Assembly: GCA_000004695.1 (NCBI GenBank)
Contig: CM000153.2
Span: 96,001-160,000 of the forward strand
Reading direction: 5' to 3'
DNA: 64,000 bases
From: Dictyostelium discoideum
Taxonomy: Eukaryota
Each line of letters opens with the position of its first letter. Positions within the stretch are counted from its first letter, which is position 1. The position numbers were made by a program, and so were the translations under genes. Below, piece after piece: positions 56,336-64,000 of this stretch. A model generated the notes under the pieces. The model had not been told where the DNA came from. It saw only the letters and a program-made list of their open reading frames with translations, and ran no database searches.

Positions 56336-56491
56336 AAATTTTTACTTTAAATCATCCATTGCACCTTTTAAATGATATATATCTTGAGCTAAATGTTTTG
56401 CTTGTTCATTTCTTTCGGATAATAAAGTTTCTTCGTAATCAAAACTCCCATCATCTTCAAGTAATGGTTGTTTTAATGGTACATATGACAT
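55994..56491 (-). CDS. Minimal syntaxin-like Qa-SNARE: a SNARE motif plus C-terminal TM anchor, with no Habc domain. Two exons, 56491-56346 and 56207-55994, 119 aa.
   Basis: Exon 1 (not in the track) is MSYVPLKQPLLEDDGSFDYEETLLSERNEQAKHLAQDIYHLKGAMDDL K with the GTAAAA donor in phase 2. The intron holds (AAT)17. The acceptor atatag|A gives K-MMVDEQGEMLVQADNNVTTADLEIEYGVEELEKAYVYKSRSKKR-IIILVVVILLILAVVIGASIKFFVKK*. The pattern ...MDDLKMMVDEQGEML... aligns with the syntaxin FMDMAMLVESQGEMI zero-layer Gln region. Confidence 0.55.
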
Positions 56492-57181
56492 TATTGTTAT
56501 ATTTTATTTTTTTACTAGTATTATGTTTTTAAAATTTAGCTAAAAAATTTAAATGTATTTTATTTTATTTTTTATGTCTTTTTGATTATTTTTTTTTTTT
56601 TATATTATTGAGAAAAAATAATAAAAAAAAAAAAAAAAATTAAAAAATTAAAAAATTAAAAAAAAAAAAAAAAAATAAAAAAAAAAATTGAAAAATACGT
56701 CACAAGATATTTTTTTTTTTTTTTTTTTTTTTTTAAGGTTAATTTAAATAATTATTAATCGAACAAATAAAAAAGTAATACATTTGACAACTTTACCTTT
56801 ATAAAAAATTTTAAATAAATTATAATTACTTTTTAAATAAATAAAAAATTTTAAAATTTAAAATTTAATAAAAATAAAATAAAATATTGATTAAAATTTT
56901 TTTTTTTTTTTTTAATTTTATATATCTTCTTTTTTTTTTTTTTGATTTTATCTCTTAAAACTATTATTACTTGTTCCACTCCAAATTTTATAAAAAAAAT
57001 AAATAAATAAATAACTTAAAAAAATAAAAAAAAAATAAAAATAAAAAATGTTGTCCTCCTAAAAAATTTTTCGTTTTTTTTTTTTTTTTCATTTTCCATT
57101 TTTTTTTTTATTTTTATTTTTATTTTTTATATTTCATTTTGGGTTGTAAAACGAAAACTTTACTTTCGTTCAAAAATAAAA

Positions 57182-59419
57182 ATGAATAGAAAAAAGCAAA
57201 AGAAATTAAGTTCATTAAATGTAAATATTTTTTATTTTTTATTTTTTATTTTATTTTTTCATAAAATTTAATCATTCCTAATTATGTAAATTATTGAATA
57301 ATAATGTAAATAGTGGAAACTTGAAAAAAATAAGAAAAAAGATAACAACAATGAAAATGAACCATTATCAAATATTGAATATATAGAAAACTTATCATTA
57401 TTTAAATTTAAACAATTAATAAATTCAGCAAGTAGTAAAGATGTTGAAAAAGGTTTATATTCAATTAATAAATTAATTAGAGATGAAAAAGAACGTGAAC
57501 CATCTGAAGACGATGATGATGATGATGATGATGATGACAATCAATTAAATTATAAGAATAAAAGATTATCAATTGTATTTGAATTTTTAAAATCATCACA
57601 ACAATCAATGACAGAAATTTTTAAGATATGGGATTTATGTATTGACAAATATCAAATTTATCAAAATGTTTATTCACTATTATTAGAGTTTATTGCAATT
57701 TTAATTACAATTAATGATGATCCATCACTTTCACATTATTCAAAAATTTTAGCTGATAAAATCCTCTCAAATAAATTTCAAGATTTATTAAAACTTATTA
57801 ATAACTATACTGATGAAACTGTTAATTTAACTTTAAATTGTTTTAGATTATTATCTTCAATTGTACCATTATCTTTAAAAATTGCAAAATCAATTCAAAC
57901 TAATATTGATTTTTCATCACAAGTAAGTTTTTTAAAAAAAATTAATAATTATTATTAAATTTTTTAACTTTTTTTAACATTTTTTATTTTTTTTAGGGAT
58001 TCCAAAAAGCAATGAATGATATTTCAATTAATGGTGCATATCTTGGAACAAGACCATATGTTTTAAGATTTTTATTATCATTTTTAAAACATCATAATAT
58101 TAAACTTAGTGAATTCATTTTGGAGAATGATCAATTACTTGTAAAATATTGTCAAAAATTACAATTGGACCATCATAATGTAATTATTAATTAATTTTAG
58201 TATTTAATTTTAGTATTTAATTTAATTTTATTTTATTAATTATTTAAATATATATAAATATAAATATAAATAAATATAGGTTATATTAGATTTAATTGAA
58301 TCATTAGAAGTTAATGTATTAAAAGTATCAAATGTTTCAAAAATTTTAAAAATTAAATTCTTTTCAACATCATTTTTATCAAAAATTGGTTTAATATTTT
58401 CAAAAGATGATATTGGTGAAGATTGTCGTCAATCAATTTTTAAATTTCTTTCAATTTTATGTTGTTCATCAACTCATGGTATTATATCATCTGATCCAAA
58501 GTATGTAGTAGTTATTATTTATTTATTTGTTATTTTTTATTATTTTTATTAATTTATTATCAAAATTTTTTTAAAAATTTTTTTAGATGGACATGGTTTA
58601 GAGATAATGAAAATCCAAGTTTTGAAAATAAATCATTAGTATCATTAATTTCAGAATTAAATCCAATTGCATATCAAACTCATCAAACATTATTTATAAA
58701 GATTATTAATTCATGTCCAGATTTATTTACATCATATTTGAAAAAGTTGGGAACATGTGAAGTATCGTTATCATTGAATTGGTTAAACAGAACTACAATG
58801 TTAATAAAGACATTATCATCACCAGTACCAAAAGCACCAATCACTAAAATCAGTGATAAACTATTGGACCCAATTCCATCATCACCAATTGTATTAATTA
58901 ATTGTTTAATACCACCACAAGTTACAAATTTACAATTTGGTTTCGATCAACAACATCAATTAGTAATTTATAATCAATTATTAGTTTTATTATTATGTTT
59001 AAAAAGAATAAATCAAGTTTTAAATTCATTAAATATTTATTTTATTGAAAAATCAAATAGTAGCAATAATAATAATAATAATAGCAAGGAGGATAAAGAA
59101 ATTGAAAAATTAAATCAATTTATTATAAATTTAAAAAATGGTATTAAAGAAAGGTTACCACAATTTAGATATTTTAAAGAGAATTATAATCAATTTAAAC
59201 AATCATCAGTATTATATAATCAATTCATTTCAATCATTAGTGAATATTTTAGATTCTTACCAATTAATGATTTCATTTCATTGAAAATGTTTGATTATCA
59301 ATTTTTATTAACATCAGATTTATATACACAAAAACAATTTATTCAATTAATTGGTAATTCAAAATCATTTCATTCAACTTTAAATTTATTTAATCGTACA
59401 AATGATAATAATAATAATT

Positions 59420-59474
<55 letters not shown>

Positions 59475-61165
59475 TGGTGATTCAATTATAACAATGTTAT
59501 TAAAATTATATTTAAATTCAAAATCAATTGAAATTAAAGAATTATATGGTCAATTAATATTTAAATTATTATCAACAAATTCAATATTCTCTGGTGTTGA
59601 TCATGAAATTGATTGTTGGTTAGAATCATTGCAATCAAATGAAAATATTGAATTCTTTGAAGGTACACTTATTAATGCTCATCAAAATAAATTTCAATAT
59701 GTTGATCAATGTCAAATTGAATCAAAGAAATTATTTGGTCAGGATTTAAATCAATTATTAATTAGTCCATTAATAGTGTCAACAATATTTCAACTTTTAA
59801 CAAATTCACAATCTTGTTTAAACCAACATCAATACATTTCAAATTTATTAAATAATATTTCAAATTGTAAAATTAATTCTTTAATAATTTTATCAATTTT
59901 TAATTTTATAATAAAAAAAATGAAAAATCAAGATAAAATGGATGATGATAATGATGATGATCAATCAATATTACCATCTGATTATAATTTACCAATTGAA
60001 TATAATGAAACTTTAAATTATATTTATTATAAAGCATATTCAAAATACCCAAAAGATTATAAAATTTCCTCCTCTTCTTCAAATTTTAAATCTCAATTAA
60101 TTTCATGTTCATCACCAAATGATATTAAATTTATAATTTCAAATAATATTCAACATTCAATTTTATCATTAATAATTTTAGAAATTGAACAACAACAACA
60201 ACAACAACAGCAACAACAAGAATCATTGAATAAATTATTAACAATATTAAAAGTTTCACCAATTAATTTAATTTTATCTCAAATTAATTTATTATCAAAA
60301 AATGAAAAAGAAATTTTATTTAAAAACAATTTAGTTAAATCAATTTTATTAAATTCAATTTCAAATTTATCATTAAAGAAATTATTCATCTTATTCCCAA
60401 TAATTGAAAATTTAATTGAAAATCATGAAAATCAAACTACAGCAACCACAACAACAACAACAGCAACTGAAGATATTTTAGATTTAGAATTTGATTTTTA
60501 TTTTGATTGTCTTGAAAAATCAATTAAAATGATTTTAGATTCAAAATCAATTTTATCATTACGTTTAATTGATCATTTATTTTCAAGTAAATTAATTTTA
60601 AATAATTTCTTATTAAACTTTAAATTTACATTTAGTAAGTATTTTTTTAAAAAATAATTATAATTATTATAATAATTTATTAATAATAGTTTATTAATAA
60701 TAATTTCTTTTTTTATTTCTTTTTTTTGTTTTATTTTAGATATTTCAAAATTATTATTAATAATTTTAAATAATGAAAATTCAAATAATGGTTTTAAATT
60801 TATAATACCATTATTAAAGAAATTATTAAAACAATTTAATAGTAAATCAATTAATAATTTCATTAAAAATAATGAAAAAGAAAATGATAAATTAATAATT
60901 TCAATCAGAGTTTTAGAATTAATATTACCATTTTTAGATTTTAATACTTGTATTGAATTATTAAATTCATTTAAAATTTTACAAATAAATCAATTAGCTT
61001 CAAATGAAATTATTTTACAAATTTATTTAGAAATTATAAATTCAACTTTACAATCAAATAATATCATTGATAATAATAATATTAATTTACCATCATACTT
61101 TAATTTAATAATTCCAAATTCTTCAAACTTGGATAAAAATATTAATAATAAATTATCAATTACAA

Positions 61166-61196
<31 letters not shown>

Positions 61197-61383
61197 TCAA
61201 ATTGACTCATTAAGAATAATATTTAATCAATTAATTCAATTATCAATTGAATTTAAAAATATTTATAAATATTCAACAGCAACAATTTATAGAGTTTCAA
61301 TTGATCAATTTATTTTACAACTTTTATTAATTGATATTAATCAAATTAAATATCCATTAAATTTAATTAATATTTTATTATCA

Positions 61384-61414
<31 letters not shown>

Positions 61415-63690
61415 ATGATGATCAATTATTAAACAAATATTCAAATTATTGTTTAGAGAATTATTCACCAACCACTTCAACAATTTTATCAATTTTATTA
61501 ATGATTAATTATAATAATAATAATAGTAATAATGGAAAAGAAATTAAATTAAATTATAAATTATTAAATTTAGATAATTTATTTAAATTTGATATAATGG
61601 TATGGTTATCATTATTTTATTGGTTAATTGTAATGAATAAGGATAAAGAATTATTATCAAATAAAAAGTTTTTAATTCAATTATTTAATTCAATTTCAAG
61701 TTCAAATATTTTCCAAAGAAAATTAACAACTGATGCCAATACTACTACTACTTTTAATTCAATAATTGAACTTTATCAAATAATTATAAATAATTTAGAG
61801 AAATCATCAAGTAGATCATTATTAATATTAAATTCAAAAGTTAATTATTTCTTATTAATGACAACAACAACAACAACAACATCAACAACATCATTAGATA
61901 AAACAAATGAAAATTATGAATATTTAAAAAATGAACAATTATCAAAATCAATCATTACAAATTATTTAAATAATTTAGAATCAAATTTAAATTTAAATAA
62001 CAAAATTTTATTAAATTTAAATTTAAATTGGTTTAACAATTTTAAAAAGTTATTTAATTTTTCAAGTTTTGATAAAATCATTAAATTAATATTTTCAAAT
62101 AGTAATTTCAATTCAAATGATTCTTTAAAATTAATTGAAAATTTAATTTTTAATTGTAATAGTAAATCTTTATTTAAATATCAATATTATATTGATTTAA
62201 TTTTTAAAGAGATTATAAATAATGATGAAATTTTAAATTTAATTAAATCAACACCAGTTTTAACTGATTTAATTATTGAAAATTTATATAATAATATCAA
62301 TAATATTAATAATAATAATAATAATAATAGTGAAAATATAATTAGATATCGTATACTTAATTTATTATTATCAATTTATAAGAGTGAACCAAATTTATGT
62401 CATTCTGGTAAAAATTTATCATCAATTTATTTTAGTATCTATAATGCAACAACTCATCCAATTGATCAAATTTTATTAAAAATCATTTATCAACATGATA
62501 GTAATAATCATTCTATCCTTGCTGAATCAAATTATCTTTGGGGAAAACATTCAAAAGAAACTTCAAGTATTAATCAATTATTACTTTCAAATACTTTCTT
62601 TTCTGGTATTCAATTTGAAAATTCAATTAATAATTATCCATTTGAAGTTAATACTTTAATTAATATAGAAGAAGAAGAAGAAGAAAAAGAAGATAATGAA
62701 GATAATAATAATAATAATAATAATAATTTAAATATTAATGAAAATTTAATTTCAAAATCATATAATGAATTTTCGTATGATCCATCATTTTTATTAAGAT
62801 TATTTATTTCATTATTGGATAGTTATATTTCAGAATATTCATTGTTAGATGATCAACAAGAAGATTTAAGAAGAGAGAATACTGATAACCTTTTGAAAAC
62901 AATTTGTTGTTTCTTTTATAATGGTCCATTTTCTTTTACTGTACGTTCAACAAGTTCAAAGCGATTATCAATTCGTCAATTGGCTTATTCAATATTTTCA
63001 AAGAATCAAACATTAATAAATATTTATAATAAGCAACTTGAAGCAACTCAAATTTCAAATATTGAAATATTTGGTATTGATGAAAAACAAAAGAAATCAA
63101 ACAACACAAACACAAAGAATAATAGTAAATATTCATTAAGTTCAAATAAATTCAATGAAAATATAATGTTTAAGATGATTCAAGTTTTAAAATCAACAAT
63201 TTTTGAAAAGGATCAATATATTCCATCGATTTTCACTCAATTCTATTGTAGTTCAATTAAAACTGTATCTTCTAAATCTGATTTAAATAGAAAAGCAATC
63301 ACTTCATACTTAAAGGGTATTGCTAGTTTTGATCTATTAGTAATTCCAATGTTTTCTGGTGTTTTTAATTTCACTGCTACAAAAAGCACAATTGTTTGGT
63401 TATTAGATTTATTAACTCAATCATTACCAGATGAACATACTGAACTATTATTAAAAAAGAATAATTACGTTCAATCTTTGTTAGCTCTATTCGATTCTTT
63501 CATTAGTTCAAGTAAAATTAAACTCTCAATACTAAATTGTTTATTAAAATTATCAACAACTTCAACTGGTATACAATTATTAATTAAACAAGGTATTTTA
63601 CCATGGTTATCAATTTTAGTTTCAAATTCAAGTTGTTTAAAATCTTATTTTGATTTAATTTTTAAATTATTTAATAATATTTTAATAACA

Positions 63691-63726
<36 letters not shown>

Positions 63727-64000
63727 TTAATATCAAATAATTTAGAAATTTCACAAATTTCAATTATTTTAAATAATTTATTAAAATTATTTTTAAATAT
63801 TAATTGGGATATTGAATTTAAATCAATGATTAATGATTATTTATTTTCATTAAAATCAATAATTAATTTAAATTCAACATTTATTAGATTATCAAATTCA
63901 GATTTAGTTTTATTAATTAAAAAATATCAACAACAACAACAACAAGAACAAGAAAGTGGTGATAATAAATTATTAGAATCAATTTTATCAATTGTATCAT
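57182..64000 (+). CDS. Very large helical, low-complexity protein of more than 2100 aa with at least 7 exons. The 3' end is beyond the window. It may be a nucleolar pre-ribosomal (URB1/Npa1-like) scaffold, but this is very tentative.
   Basis: Exons reconstructed: 57182-57220 (MNRKKQKKLSSLN|GTAAAT), 57314-~57926 (WKLEKNKK...DFSSQ|GTAAGT), ~57997-~58185 (GFQKAMNDISING...QLDHHN|GTAATT), ~58279-~58498 (VILDLIESLEV...SSDPK|GTATGT), ~58591-60638 (continuing into ORF 58738-60657, ...FTFS|GTAAGT), then ~60739-64000+ open to the window edge. Frames are conserved across all GT..AG junctions. The track lists only the ATG-initiated pieces (57608, 58012, 58738). There are no catalytic motifs. The URB1 guess is from size and architecture only. 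Confidence 0.55.

Noticed and set aside
56332-56532. Plus-strand ORF MKIFTLNHPLHLLND...
   Set aside because: It is antisense to the better-supported syntaxin-like exon 1 and has no motifs.

Overview
The window is AT-rich (about 75-80% A+T) eukaryotic nuclear DNA with the hallmarks of a dictyostelid social amoeba, most likely Dictyostelium discoideum. Coding islands sit in very A/T-poor intergenic deserts. Triplet repeats (AAT/CAA/GAT/GTT) give in-frame poly-Asn, poly-Gln and poly-Ser tracts. Introns are short and follow GTAAGT/GTATGT/GTAAAT...AG. There are no prokaryotic-style operons, CRISPR arrays, rRNA or tRNA genes, and I could not recognise an intact transposon. I can support about 25 protein-coding genes, many with introns that I placed by hand from frame continuity and splice consensus. 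The more recognisable ones are: a BEACH/WD40 protein (5'-partial), an HP1 chromodomain protein, a frizzled/smoothened-like 7TM receptor, a papain-family protein with its catalytic Cys replaced, a GPI-anchored two-domain Cu/Zn-SOD (possibly SodC), RAD54, an eIF2alpha-kinase-like kinase, a large hybrid histidine kinase, a tail-anchored flavin amine oxidase, Snapin, IscU, an IMP1/IMP2-type inner-membrane peptidase, a GT77+WD40 protein matching AgtA of the Skp1 glycosylation pathway, a CUE-domain protein, MCM8, a 119-aa syntaxin-like SNARE, and a very large low-complexity protein that runs off the 3' edge. There are also two diverged, frameshifted IPT/TIG (tgr-like) pseudogene fragments about 23 kb apart. 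The ORF-track start codons are not always ATG, and many short Y/F/L/M/I-rich ORFs are translations of simple repeats. All homology statements come from my memory of family motifs, not from searches. Coordinates of hand-placed splice sites may be off by a base or so.
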